A stretch of 37,422 bases of DNA from Acidimicrobiia bacterium. Its GTDB lineage: Bacteria > Actinomycetota > Acidimicrobiia > Acidimicrobiales > VFJN01. The notes below the pieces were generated by a model that ran no database searches, had not been told where the DNA came from, and worked only from the letters and a program-made list of their open reading frames with translations. Positions 19,487-28,583 of this stretch are shown in pieces (position 1 is the stretch's first letter; every line of letters starts with the position of its first letter). The DNA lies in the NCBI GenBank assembly GCA_050247895.1, contig JBFWTJ010000003.1, forward strand, positions 1 to 37,422. The letters are read 5' to 3'. Position numbers and translations under genes: made by a program.

Positions 19487-19580
19487 AGGACCTCCCCAGG
19501 GCTGCGCCCCGGACCCATCCCCGCCGGGCGGGCTGGCACCCGCGCCGCCGGCGCCGCTCGGTCGCTGCGCTCCCTCACAG
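19437..19580. repeat. Perfect 52-bp direct repeat (19437-19488 and 19529-19580) with 40-bp spacer
   Basis: CGGGCTGGCACCCGCGCCGCCGGCGCCGCTCGGTCGCTGCGCTCCCTCACAG occurs twice. Confidence 0.95.
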
Positions 19581-21203
19581 CAGCGACGCTCGCACGCCGC
19601 GGACGCGGTCGACGAGGACCACCGTCGTCGCGGTGAGGGCCATCAGCACGGTGGAGAGGGCGAAGGCCTGGCCCACGTTGAGCGCACCCGGCCGCCCCAG
19701 CAGCCGGTCGATCGCCACCGGGACCGTCGGCGCGCCCGACCGGGCGATCACCGTCGTGGCCCCGAACTCGCCCAGGGAGATGGCGAAGGCGAAGCCGGCG
19801 CCCACCAGCACCGCACGCGCCGTCATCCGCAGGTCCACCTCGACCCACGCCCGGCGGGGGGAGGCCCCCAGCACGGCGGCTGCCTCGCGCAGGCCGGGGT
19901 CGATGGCCCGCAAGGTCGGCAGGACCGTGCGGACCACGAAGGGCAACGCCACCACGGCCTGGGCGAGCGGGATGAGGACGGGCTCGTTGCGCAGGTCGAG
20001 CGGCGGCTCGTCGAGGGCGACCAGGAAGCCGAACCCGATCGTCACCGCGCTCGTGCCCAGCGGCAGGAGGAGGGCGGCGTCGAGGAACCGGCCGCCACGG
20101 CCCCGGGTGCGCGACAGGGCCACGGCGGCCAGGAGCCCGAGGGCGACGGCCACCGCGGCGGCCAGCACGGCGAAGCGCAGCGACGCGGCCACCGCCTCCA
20201 GCGGGGGGACCGCCGGCCCCGCGCCCCGGCCCGCGTGGGCCAGGGCGCGCCAGGAGCCCAGGCCGTAGCCGTCCCCGACCCGCAACGACCGCTCGACCAG
20301 CACGGCCAACGGGGTGACGACCAGGACGACGAGCACGGCCAGGTTCAGGCCGACCCAGGCCCGCTCCCCCGCTCGCCTCGGCCGGGACCGCTCGGGCGGT
20401 CGCAGCTGCAGGGCCACCCGGCGCCGGTCGAGGCGGTCCTGCACCACGAGCAGGACCGCCACCGCGACCAGCTGCACCAGGCACAGGACCGCGGCCACCG
20501 GCAGGTCGAAGAGGTCCGCGGTCTGCCGGTAGATCTCGGCCTCCAAGGTCGAGTGGCCCGGACCGCCCAGGATCCGGACCACGCCGAAGGACGTGAAGGT
20601 GAACAGGAACACGATCGCCGCGGCGGACACGACCGCGGGCCGCAGGGCGGGCAGCGTCACCGACGCGAAGGCCCGCCACCGGCCCGCACCGAGCATCCGG
20701 GCCGCCTCCTCGGTGCGGGGGTCGAGCGACTCCCACAGGCCACCGACGAGCCGGACGACCACGGCCAGGTTGAAGAAGACGTGGGCGACCACGATGGCGA
20801 CGACGGTGTCGTCCAGGTCGATCCCCAGCGGGCTCCCCGGCCCGAGCAGGGCCAGGAAGGCGGCGCCGACCACCACCGTGGGCAGGACGAAGGGCACGGC
20901 GACCAGGGTCCGCACCGCGGCGCGGCCGCGGAACTCGTAGCGGCCCAGCACGTGGGCCGCCGGCAGCGCGACGACCACCGTGGCCGCCGTGGACAGGGCG
21001 GCCTGCCAGGTCGTGAACCACAGCACCCCGCGCAGGGCCGGGTCACCCGCCACCTCACGGAACGCCGAGAGGTCCCCGCGCCCGCCGGGCCGCAGCCCGA
21101 GGTCGAGGATCGACACCACCGGCCAGGCGAAGAACACGGCCAGGAAGGCCAGGGGTGGCACGAGGAGCCCGGCCCGTGCCAGCCGGGCCCCCGTCGGCCT
21201 CAT
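19575..21203 (-). CDS. thiP: Thiamine ABC transporter permease
   Basis: Duplicated permease with two EAA loops (EEAARMLGA, EAAAVLGA), FTSFG and SLGEFGAT. ATGA overlap with thiB. Confidence 0.9.
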   Translation of the reverse strand: MRPTGARLARAGLLVPPLAFLAVFFAWPVVSILDLGLRPGGRGDLSAFREVAGDPALRGVLWFTTWQAALSTAATVVVALPAAHVLGRYEFRGRAAVRTLVAVPFVLPTVVVGAAFLALLGPGSPLGIDLDDTVVAIVVAHVFFNLAVVVRLVGGLWESLDPRTEEAARMLGAGRWRAFASVTLPALRPAVVSAAAIVFLFTFTSFGVVRILGGPGHSTLEAEIYRQTADLFDLPVAAVLCLVQLVAVAVLLVVQDRLDRRRVALQLRPPERSRPRRAGERAWVGLNLAVLVVLVVTPLAVLVERSLRVGDGYGLGSWRALAHAGRGAGPAVPPLEAVAASLRFAVLAAAVAVALGLLAAVALSRTRGRGGRFLDAALLLPLGTSAVTIGFGFLVALDEPPLDLRNEPVLIPLAQAVVALPFVVRTVLPTLRAIDPGLREAAAVLGASPRRAWVEVDLRMTARAVLVGAGFAFAISLGEFGATTVIARSGAPTVPVAIDRLLGRPGALNVGQAFALSTVLMALTATTVVLVDRVRGVRASLL

Positions 21204-22273
21204 CGCACGACCAGGTCGGTCCAGCGGTCGATCCACCCCTCACGGCCGGCCGCGATGCGCTCCGGCTCCATCTCGAGCACCTGCGCCGGCCGGGCCGCGT
21301 GCTCCACGAACACCTCGGGCAGGGCGGCGTCGGGGTCCACCGGGAAGACGAACATGCTCATGGGCAGGTCCTCCTGGAAGGTCCGGCTCAACATGAAGTC
21401 GACGAGCCGGCCGGCGGCCTCGGGGCGGTCGGTGCCGGCCAGGACCCCGGCAAGCTCGACCTGCCGGTAGCAGGTGGCCTCGATCACCCCGGTCGGCGCC
21501 TCCTCGACCGGCGGGTCGGCGAAGGCGACCTCGGCCGGGGGGCTGGACGCGTAGGAGACGACCAGCGGGCGCGTGCCCTGGCCGCTGCCCCCGGAGAAGG
21601 CGCCGTTGTAGGCCTCCTCCCAGCCGGCGACGACCTCGACGCCGTTGGCCCGCAGGGCGGTCCACCAGTCCTCCCAGCCGTCCTCGCCCGTGGCCTCGAT
21701 GGTGGCCAGCAGGAAGGCCAGGCCGGGCGACGACGTGGCCGGGTTCTCGACCACGAGCAGGTCCCGGTACCGGGGGTCGACCAGGTCCTCGAACGTCTCG
21801 GGCACGGGCAACCGGTTCTCGGCGAACCACTCCACGTCGAAGTTGAGGCAGACGTCGCCGTAGTCGACCGGGGTCACCCGGTGCTCGGGATCGAGGACGA
21901 ACGCCTCGTCGATCCCGTCGATCCCCTCCGCCTCGTGGGCGGTGAACAGGCCCTCGTCCAGGGCACGGCTGAGGAAGGTGCTGTCGATGCCGAAGAGGAC
22001 GTCGGCCTGCGGGTTGCCCTTGGACAGCAGCGCCTGGTTGACCACGGTCCCGGCGTCGCCGCCCTGGATCACCTCGAGCTCCAGGCCGGTCTCCTCGGTG
22101 AAGGCCTCGAGCACCTCGTCGGACACCGTGAAGCTGTCGTGGGTGAGCAGGCGGACGGTGGTGGGAGCGGCCTCCCCGCCGCCCCCGTCGTCGCCGCACC
22201 CGGCGGCCGCGGCGGCGAGCAGGCCACCGGCCAGGGCGAGGGCGGCGAGGCGGGCAGGTGCAGGACGTGTCAC
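21200..22273 (-). CDS. thiB: Thiamine ABC transporter substrate-binding lipoprotein
   Basis: Lipobox AAGC, LLTHDSF, GDAG, PATSSPGLAFL and VVSYASSP. Confidence 0.9.
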   Translation of the reverse strand: MTRPAPARLAALALAGGLLAAAAAGCGDDGGGGEAAPTTVRLLTHDSFTVSDEVLEAFTEETGLELEVIQGGDAGTVVNQALLSKGNPQADVLFGIDSTFLSRALDEGLFTAHEAEGIDGIDEAFVLDPEHRVTPVDYGDVCLNFDVEWFAENRLPVPETFEDLVDPRYRDLLVVENPATSSPGLAFLLATIEATGEDGWEDWWTALRANGVEVVAGWEEAYNGAFSGGSGQGTRPLVVSYASSPPAEVAFADPPVEEAPTGVIEATCYRQVELAGVLAGTDRPEAAGRLVDFMLSRTFQEDLPMSMFVFPVDPDAALPEVFVEHAARPAQVLEMEPERIAAGREGWIDRWTDLVVR

Positions 22274-23001
22274 GAGGTGATCTCCGGGATCGGGGGGATG
22301 GGGATGTCGAGCTCGGCGGCACGGTCGAGGTGGTCACCCCGCCCGCCCGGCTGGACGGCGAGGAGCACCCCCGAGCCGATGCTGACGACCGCCCGGCGGG
22401 CGACGAGCTCGTTGCTCACCCCACGGGTGCTGCCCGCGGGGAGGTCCTCGGCCACCAGGGGGTAGAGCAGCCCCTCGGTGGAGACGGCGCCCGCCGGACC
22501 GTGGGCGGGCAGGAGGCTCACCAGGTCCCCGGGCTCGCCGTGCAGGGTGGCGCGGTCGCGCACGACGGTCACCGTCGCCGGTGGCAGGTGGGCAACCAGC
22601 TCGACGCCCGCGGTCCGGGGCCCGGCCAGGACCAGGGCGTTGGCCAGGAGGTGGTCCAGGCGACCCCCGTGCCCGCCGACCACCACGATGCGGTCGGGTC
22701 GGGCGGCCAGCGCCACGTCCAGGGCCAGCTCGAGGTCGGTCGCGTCCTTGGCCTCGGGGTGGCGCTCGACCCTCGCGCCCGCCTCGACGGCCCGGCGCAG
22801 CGCGACCGGGTCGAGCGAGTCGAAGTCGCCCACGGCCACGTCGACGTGCAGGCCGAGCGCTCGGGCCTGCACCACGCCCGAGTCGGCGGCCACCACGCGG
22901 GCCCCGACGGGCAGCAGGGCGCGCACGTGCGGGCCCACGGGGTCGCCCCCGGTCACGACGATGATCGTGCGGGCGCCATCGGCGCCCTCGACTTGCTCCA
23001 C
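22270..23001 (-). CDS. thiN: Thiamine pyrophosphokinase
   Basis: AADSG, VGDFDS, KDATDLELA, GGRLDHLLAN, GLLYPL and RGVSNE. GTG 23001 follows GGAGGG. Confidence 0.9.
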   Translation of the reverse strand: MEQVEGADGARTIIVVTGGDPVGPHVRALLPVGARVVAADSGVVQARALGLHVDVAVGDFDSLDPVALRRAVEAGARVERHPEAKDATDLELALDVALAARPDRIVVVGGHGGRLDHLLANALVLAGPRTAGVELVAHLPPATVTVVRDRATLHGEPGDLVSLLPAHGPAGAVSTEGLLYPLVAEDLPAGSTRGVSNELVARRAVVSIGSGVLLAVQPGGRGDHLDRAAELDIPIPPIPEITS

Positions 23002-23108
23002 CGTTCCCTCCGCTGGCATTGCCCAGGTCAGGTCATGCGGGTCGGTGGCGCCGGTCGAGCCCGTCCACCCTCTCAGCCCGGCTGCCCCGAGCTCCCCGTG
23101 GTTGGTTC
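23002..23108 (-). promoter_or_regulatory. TPP riboswitch
   Basis: Minus strand reads CCACGGGGAGC...GGGCTGAGAGGG...GACCCGCATGACCTGACCTGGGCAATGCCAGCGGAGGGAA, with the conserved CTGAGA and CCTGA..GG.AATGCC.GCG.AGG core, directly upstream of thiamine genes. Confidence 0.95.
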
Positions 23109-23139
23109 CGGCCCACCCTAGCCGCGTACCGTTCCCCCG

Positions 23140-24288
23140 ATGGAGAGGACCATCTTCGACGCCGAGCACGACATGTTCCGCGACTCCGTGCGCTCGTTCA
23201 TCGCCAAGGAGCTCGTGCCCCACTACCTGCAGTGGGAGGCCGACGGCATCGTCCCCCACGAGGTGTTCGGCAAGGCGGGCGAGAACGGCTTCCTCGGGAT
23301 GGCGATCCCCGAGGAGCACGGGGGCGGCGGCGTCGCCGACTTCCGCTACAACCTGATCATCGCCGAGGAGATCCAGCGGGCCGGGGTCAACGCCGCCGGG
23401 CTGGGCTGGACCCTCCACAACGACATCTGCCTCCCGTACTTCCTGACCCTGTGCAACGAGGAGCAGAAGGCGCGCTGGCTGCCCGGCCTGGCCAGCGGCG
23501 AGCTCGTCGCCGCGATCGCCATGACCGAGCCCGGCATCGGCTCGGACCTGGCCTCGATGACCACGAGCGCGGTGCGCGACGGCGACGACTACATCGTCAA
23601 CGGGGCCAAGACCTTCATCACCAACGGCATCAACGCCGACCTGGTGATCACCGCGGTGAAGACCGACCCGACCCAGCGCCACACCGGCATGTCGCTGGTG
23701 ATCGTCGAGCGGGGCATGCCCGGCTTCGAGCGGGGCCGCAACCTCGAGAAGGTCGGCATGCACGCCCAGGACACCGCCGAGCTGTTCTTCACCGACGTCC
23801 GGGTGCCGGTGGCCAACCGGCTCGGCGAGGAGGGCCACGGCTTCAACCACCTGGTGACCAAGCTGCCCCAGGAGCGGCTCTCGATCGCCATGACCGGCGC
23901 CGCTGCGGCCCGCCAGGCGCTGGAGTGGACCCTGGAGTACGTCAAGGAGCGCCACGCCTTCGGCAAGCCCATCGGCTCGTTCCAGAACAGCCGCTTCCGC
24001 CTGGCCGAGATCGCCACCGAGGTCGAGATCGCCACGACCTTCGTCGACCGATGCGTGGTGGCCTTGAACGAGGGCGAGCTCAGCGCCGAGGAGGCCGCCA
24101 TGGCCAAGTGGTGGTGCACCGAGCTCCAGAAGCGCACGGTGGACACCTGCGTGCAGCTCTTCGGGGGCTACGGCTACATGCTCGAGTACCCCATCGCCCG
24201 TGCCTACGTGGACGCCCGGGTCACCACGATCTACGGCGGCACGACCGAGATCATGAAGGAGATCATCGGCAAGTCGCTGGGCGTCTGA
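23140..24288 (+). CDS. Acyl-CoA dehydrogenase (long-chain-like)
   Basis: AMTEPGIGSD, NGAKTFITNG, QERL, QLFGGYGYMLEYPI and IYGGTTEIMK. Confidence 0.95.
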   Translation: MERTIFDAEHDMFRDSVRSFIAKELVPHYLQWEADGIVPHEVFGKAGENGFLGMAIPEEHGGGGVADFRYNLIIAEEIQRAGVNAAGLGWTLHNDICLPYFLTLCNEEQKARWLPGLASGELVAAIAMTEPGIGSDLASMTTSAVRDGDDYIVNGAKTFITNGINADLVITAVKTDPTQRHTGMSLVIVERGMPGFERGRNLEKVGMHAQDTAELFFTDVRVPVANRLGEEGHGFNHLVTKLPQERLSIAMTGAAAARQALEWTLEYVKERHAFGKPIGSFQNSRFRLAEIATEVEIATTFVDRCVVALNEGELSAEEAAMAKWWCTELQKRTVDTCVQLFGGYGYMLEYPIARAYVDARVTTIYGGTTEIMKEIIGKSLGV

Positions 24289-24315
24289 GGATCGCCCGGC
24301 GCCCGGCGCCGGGGA

Positions 24316-24987
24316 TCAGACCTCCTCGCCCAGGCGCCGGCACAGCTCGTCGAAGCGCCCCCGCAGGTCGTCGAGCTCGGCCCGCAGCACGGCGACCTCG
24401 TCGGCCCGGGACCGCCCCGCCGTGGCCACCGGCGGCGGCGCGGCCAGCGCGGCCGGATCGGGCTCGCCGGTCAGCAGCTGGACCCAGCGGGGCTCACGCC
24501 GCCCGGCCTCCCGCCCCAGGAGGCGGACGAGCGGGTCGGCACGGTCGGCCAGGGCGTGCAGCACCGCCTCCACCGCACCGATCGAGTCGAAGTCGTGCTG
24601 GCGCTCGGCCCGGGACCGCAGCTCCCCCGCGGTCTGGGGGCCCCGCAGGACCAGCACGGTGAGCAGGGCGAGCTCGCCGGGCGACAGGCCGAGCGCCTCG
24701 TCGAGCACGTGGCGGTACCGGGTCGTGCGCGAACCGTGGGCCGCGTGCACGAAGCGCACCAGCCTGCGGACCTTGAGCCCGTCCAGGGCCGCGAGGACCG
24801 TGTGCTCGTCGTAGTCGACCACCGGGTCGCGGTTCGAGCTCTGGTTGCAGGCCGAGCGCAGCCCGTTGAGCGTCATCGGGTAGCTGTCGGGCACGGTGGC
24901 CTGCTTCTCGACCAGGCAGGCCACGACGCGCGCCTCCTCGGGACCGAGGGCGACGTCGACGGGCTCGGGAACGTTGGCCTGGTCCAT
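24316..24987 (-). CDS. YceH (DUF480) family protein
   Basis: EARVVACLVEKQATVPDSYPMTLN..CNQSSNRDPV and LRGPQTAGELRSR. Confidence 0.88.
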   Translation of the reverse strand: MDQANVPEPVDVALGPEEARVVACLVEKQATVPDSYPMTLNGLRSACNQSSNRDPVVDYDEHTVLAALDGLKVRRLVRFVHAAHGSRTTRYRHVLDEALGLSPGELALLTVLVLRGPQTAGELRSRAERQHDFDSIGAVEAVLHALADRADPLVRLLGREAGRREPRWVQLLTGEPDPAALAAPPPVATAGRSRADEVAVLRAELDDLRGRFDELCRRLGEEV

Positions 24988-25070
24988 GCCGCGAGTGTCG
25001 CTCAAACGGCCCGAGGTGGCATCCTTGTGGGCCCCTCTGCAGTCCCGCCCGCCTCCCGGTAGGAGTCATC

Positions 25071-25553
25071 GTGGCCTTCAAGGTCAAGGACAAGGTCGTC
25101 TATCCCCATCACGGCGCCGCCGTCATCGAGGGCAAGGACACCATCGAGATGCCCGACGGGACCAAGCGCGACTACTTCGTGCTGAGGATGACCCACGGCG
25201 AGCTCACCTTGAAGGTGCCGATCGACGCCGCCGAGGAGATCGGCATGCGCTACCCGATCTCACGGGAGGACGTCGAGGACGTGTTCGAGGTCCTGGCCAA
25301 GAAGGACGTCCGGGAGCCGACCAACTGGTCGCGACGCTTCAAGAACCACCAGGAGAAGCTCAAGTCCGGCGACGTGTACCAGGTGGCCGAGGTGGTCCGG
25401 AACCTGGCGCTGCGCGACGCCGACAAGGGCCTGTCGGCCGGTGAGAAGTCGATGTTCGTGAAGGCGCGGCAGGTCCTGGTCAGCGAGCTCGCGTTCGCCC
25501 TCAACATCAGCGAGGACGATGCGCTCGACCGGCTCACCTCCACCCTGTCCTGA
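25071..25553 (+). CDS. carD: CarD family RNA polymerase-binding regulator
   Basis: FKVKDKVVYPHHGAA, EPTNWSRRFK and LSAGEK. AGGAG RBS. Confidence 0.95.
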   Translation: MAFKVKDKVVYPHHGAAVIEGKDTIEMPDGTKRDYFVLRMTHGELTLKVPIDAAEEIGMRYPISREDVEDVFEVLAKKDVREPTNWSRRFKNHQEKLKSGDVYQVAEVVRNLALRDADKGLSAGEKSMFVKARQVLVSELAFALNISEDDALDRLTSTLS

Positions 25554-25560
25554 ACCGGGG

Positions 25561-26355
25561 GTGCCGGCCGGGCAAGGTCGCCGGGCCGCGGCACGGTCCC
25601 TCGGCCTGGGCCTCGGCCTGGTCGTGGCCCTCGCCACGGCGTGCTCGGGCGGCGACGGCGGGTCCGCCTCGCCGTCGCGACCCGGGACCTCCGACGCAGG
25701 ACGGTCGACGACCACGGCCCCGACGACCACGGTTGCCGAAGATCTGCCGGTCGGCCAGCCGCTGGTCGTCGTCGACCAGGGCTTCTCGACCTTCCCCGAC
25801 GTCGTCGACCCCCGGGCCACGTTGGGCGGCTACGGCGTCGTGGTGCAGAACCCCGACCCGGTCCTGCTCGCCACCGGCGTCACGGTGCGCTCGCGGATCC
25901 TCGATGCGGCGGGAGCGGTCCTGTTCGAGGACACGGCCCTGCTCAACGGGGTGATGCCCGGGGCCCGGATGGCGGTGGGCGGCACGCTGCTGGAGCCGAT
26001 CGTGGCACCGGCGTCGATCGAGGTCGAGGTCCAGGCCGCGGCCTGGCTGGAGCCGGCCGACGTGGCGGGCTCGCTGATCTCGGGCCCGGTGGCCACCGAG
26101 CCCGAGCCGGGCGGCGGGGCTGTGACCAGGTTCACCGTGAGGTCGAGCTGGTCGACCGACGAGGAGGGTGTCGACGTGACGGCCCTGTACCGGGCGGCCG
26201 ACGGGCGGATCCTGGCCGGCGAGCAGGGTTCGGTCGATCTCGTCCCGTCGGGATCGGAGGTGACGGGCGAGCTCCGGCTCCTGACCCCGATCCCCGACAT
26301 GACCACGACCGAGGTGCTCGTGGGCCGGGGGTTCGCGGCCCAGACCGTCGGGTGA
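25561..26355 (+). CDS. Putative lipoprotein (beta-rich)
   Basis: Hydrophobic stretch plus LATAC lipobox, Ser/Thr linker and beta-rich domains. Start uncertain. Confidence 0.65.
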   Translation: MPAGQGRRAAARSLGLGLGLVVALATACSGGDGGSASPSRPGTSDAGRSTTTAPTTTVAEDLPVGQPLVVVDQGFSTFPDVVDPRATLGGYGVVVQNPDPVLLATGVTVRSRILDAAGAVLFEDTALLNGVMPGARMAVGGTLLEPIVAPASIEVEVQAAAWLEPADVAGSLISGPVATEPEPGGGAVTRFTVRSSWSTDEEGVDVTALYRAADGRILAGEQGSVDLVPSGSEVTGELRLLTPIPDMTTTEVLVGRGFAAQTVG

Positions 26356-26422
26356 GCATGACGTCCGAGCCCGCAGCGGGCAGACTGTAAGAGCCCCCCG
26401 AAACCCAGATCCGAAGGGACCC

Positions 26423-26647
26423 ATGGCAAGCGCCAGCTCAGATGTCATCGTGCTCGACGGCGTGGTCACCGAGGCGCTCCGCGCCGGGATGTTCCGCGTC
26501 GAGCTAGAGAACGGCCACCAGGTGCTCGCGCACCTGTCCGGGAAGATGCGCCGGAACCGGATCCGGGTCCTGATCGGCGACAAGGTGCAGGTCGAGCTGT
26601 CGCCCTACGACCTGACCCGCGGTCGGATGGTCTACCGCTGGAAGTGA
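26423..26647 (+). CDS. infA: Translation initiation factor IF-1
   Basis: [45 protein letters not shown]. Confidence 0.95.
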   Translation: MASASSDVIVLDGVVTEALRAGMFRVELENGHQVLAHLSGKMRRNRIRVLIGDKVQVELSPYDLTRGRMVYRWK

Positions 26648-26681
26648 GCCCGGCCCCCACGGGCTGATCGCACCGCACACG

Positions 26682-26703
26682 GGCCCCGGCCGAAGCCGGG
26701 GCC
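26682..26703. terminator. Hairpin between convergent infA and HExxH protease gene
   Basis: GGCCCCGGC-CGAA-GCCGGGGCC, 9-bp stem. Confidence 0.6.
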
Positions 26704-26711
26704 TCGTCGCG

Positions 26712-27140
26712 TCAGCGGCCGTGGACCAGCTCGGCGGCCCGCTGGGCGACCTCGACGGGGACGTCGAACTCGTCGGCGATCTCCGCGGTGGTCACCGGGC
26801 CGAAGGCCGAGCGGGCGGCCACCAGCCGGCGCAGCGCGTCGAGCGGGACCAGGCGCCGGGCCACGGCCCGATCGACGGCAGCCTCCTCCTTGGCCACCAG
26901 CGCTGCCGGGCAACCGGGCGGGTAGAGGATGTCCCGCTCGTCGTGGATCAGCTCGTGGGCCAGGACCGCGGCCCGGTCCCGCCGCCCGAGCCGGGGGTCG
27001 ATCACCACGGTCCGGCCGGTGGGCCGATCCTCGATGCGGCCGCCGCCGACGTCGTCGGGCAGGACGGCCCAACGCAGCCGGAGGTGGGGACGGGCCCGGA
27101 GCTCTGCCCAAGGCGACCAACGGCGGACGGGTGCGCCCAC
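26712..27140 (-). CDS. ImmA/IrrE-like HExxH metallopeptidase
   Basis: IDPRLGRRDRAAVLAHELIH...EEAAVDRAVARRLVP...IADEFDVP (HExxH, downstream E, C-terminal HTH-like segment). GTG lies just after the XRE stop. Confidence 0.75.
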   Translation of the reverse strand: MGAPVRRWSPWAELRARPHLRLRWAVLPDDVGGGRIEDRPTGRTVVIDPRLGRRDRAAVLAHELIHDERDILYPPGCPAALVAKEEAAVDRAVARRLVPLDALRRLVAARSAFGPVTTAEIADEFDVPVEVAQRAAELVHGR

Positions 27141-27141
27141 C

Positions 27142-27351
27142 TCAGGCCGCGTCGGGGTCGGCGAGGATGGCGACCAGGTCGATCTTGAGGGCCGCGGCCA
27201 GGGCACGACCGACCTGCGGACTGGGGTTGCGACGGCCGGCCTCGATGTTGGAGAGGTGGGCCTGGTGGATGCCCGCCGCTCGGGCCAGGGCGGTGACCGT
27301 GAGGCCCGAACGCTCTCGGATGACGCGGAGGCTGCTGGGGTTCACCTGCAT
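27142..27351 (-). CDS. Small XRE-family HTH regulator (Cro-like, 69 aa)
   Basis: LRVIRERSGLTVTALARAAGIHQAHLSNIEAGRRNPS. GAAAGG RBS. Confidence 0.88.
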   Translation of the reverse strand: MQVNPSSLRVIRERSGLTVTALARAAGIHQAHLSNIEAGRRNPSPQVGRALAAALKIDLVAILADPDAA

Positions 27352-27500
27352 GCCGATACCTTTCCACAACGTTCGATGCTCGGAAGCGGGTGGGGACGGG
27401 ACCGAAACGGGTCGAACTTGCAGGGATGTGATTTGCATGGGGCGCCACTGTGTCCGGGGGTGCGTGGTTGTTGCCAGATATTTCTGCGACGATCTCGGCC

Positions 27501-27971
27501 ATGGCCCAGCCCGCCGTGACCGGCTCCCCGTCCGACTGGCAGAGGGTGGGCGGGCGCGTCCTGGACCGCCGCCTCGAGCTCGGTCTCGGCCAGGACGAGC
27601 TCGGCGTGTCCAAGTCGGTGGCCAGCAACCTGGAGAACGGCAAGCAGACCTCCTACGCCCGCTCGTCGCTGGCCCGGGTGGCCCGGGCCCTGCAGTGGAC
27701 CCCCGAGTCGGTCGAGCTGGTCCTCCAGGGCCGCGAGCCCGTCGCCATCGGTCCCCAGAGCCCGGGCGGGCCGCCGCTGGAGATCGACCTGCGGGGCCTG
27801 AGCCGGCGCGTCGAGGAGCTGGCGGACGAGATCCGCGAGCTGCGCCGGGCCCTCGAGGACCGGCCCGGGCTGGCCCTCGCCGCCCGCTCGGGCGACCGGC
27901 GCGGCCCCGGCGGCACCGAGCGCGCCCGCCCCGGCAGCGGTCACGCCCCCGGCGACCAGCACGACGCCTGA
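27501..27971 (+). CDS. XRE-family HTH regulator (immunity-repressor-like)
   Basis: WQRVGGRVLDRRLELGLGQDEL..SNLENGKQ..LARVARALQWTPESV resembles actinophage repressors. C-terminal coiled coil. Confidence 0.8.
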   Translation: MAQPAVTGSPSDWQRVGGRVLDRRLELGLGQDELGVSKSVASNLENGKQTSYARSSLARVARALQWTPESVELVLQGREPVAIGPQSPGGPPLEIDLRGLSRRVEELADEIRELRRALEDRPGLALAARSGDRRGPGGTERARPGSGHAPGDQHDA

Positions 27972-27991
27972 CGCGCCGCGGTGCGCTCCGC

Positions 27992-28480
27992 TCAGAGGAC
28001 CTGGCGCAGGCCTCCGGTCTCGACGTCGAGGACGAAGCCGCCCACGACGAGGTCGGCCGGCAGCAGGGCGCAGCCGCGGATGGCGGCGACGTCCACGGCC
28101 AGCGTGTCGAGCGGGTCGGTGCGGGCCAGGAAGTCCCAGCCGGCCACGTCGGTCCCCGCGGCCTCGGCCACGCGGCCCCGGATCTCCGCCTCGCTGGATC
28201 CGACGACCGCGCACGAGGTGTGCTGCATCAGGCACACCCGGTCGACCCCGAGGAGGTTGACGGCCAGGACCAGCGAGCGCAGGACGTCGGGGGTGACCCG
28301 CGCCCCCGCGTTGCGCACGATCTTCGCCTCGCCCACCTCCAGGCCCAGCGCGGCCAGGGGCTCGATCCGCGAGTCGATGCAGGTGACCACGGCCAACCCG
28401 CGGGCGGCCACCCCGGACTGCCCGGAGCTGCGGAACGTCGCCCGATAGCGGGCGTTGGCCTCGAGCAGGTCGTCGAACAT
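27992..28480 (-). CDS. Beta-class carbonic anhydrase
   Basis: VTCIDSRI, RNAGARV and HTSC zinc ligands. Confidence 0.9.
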   Translation of the reverse strand: MFDDLLEANARYRATFRSSGQSGVAARGLAVVTCIDSRIEPLAALGLEVGEAKIVRNAGARVTPDVLRSLVLAVNLLGVDRVCLMQHTSCAVVGSSEAEIRGRVAEAAGTDVAGWDFLARTDPLDTLAVDVAAIRGCALLPADLVVGGFVLDVETGGLRQVL

Positions 28481-28583
28481 CAACCCGTTCTACCCCCCAC
28501 CGGCCGGCCTCCCGTCATCCACGCCGGCATCGCTAACGTGCGCTGGGCGGAGCGGAGACCTCCGCACGAGGAGCGGAGGTCAG

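Noticed and set aside
19437-19580. Repeat-spacer-repeat as a mini CRISPR array
   Set aside because: Only two copies, 52 bp long, overlapping coding starts and stops, with no cas genes or AT-rich leader.
27352-27500. LexA SOS box in the XRE intergenic region
   Set aside because: Only isolated half-sites (GTTCGA ~27371, TCGAAC ~27412), in the wrong order and spacing for TCGAAC-N4-GTTCGA.
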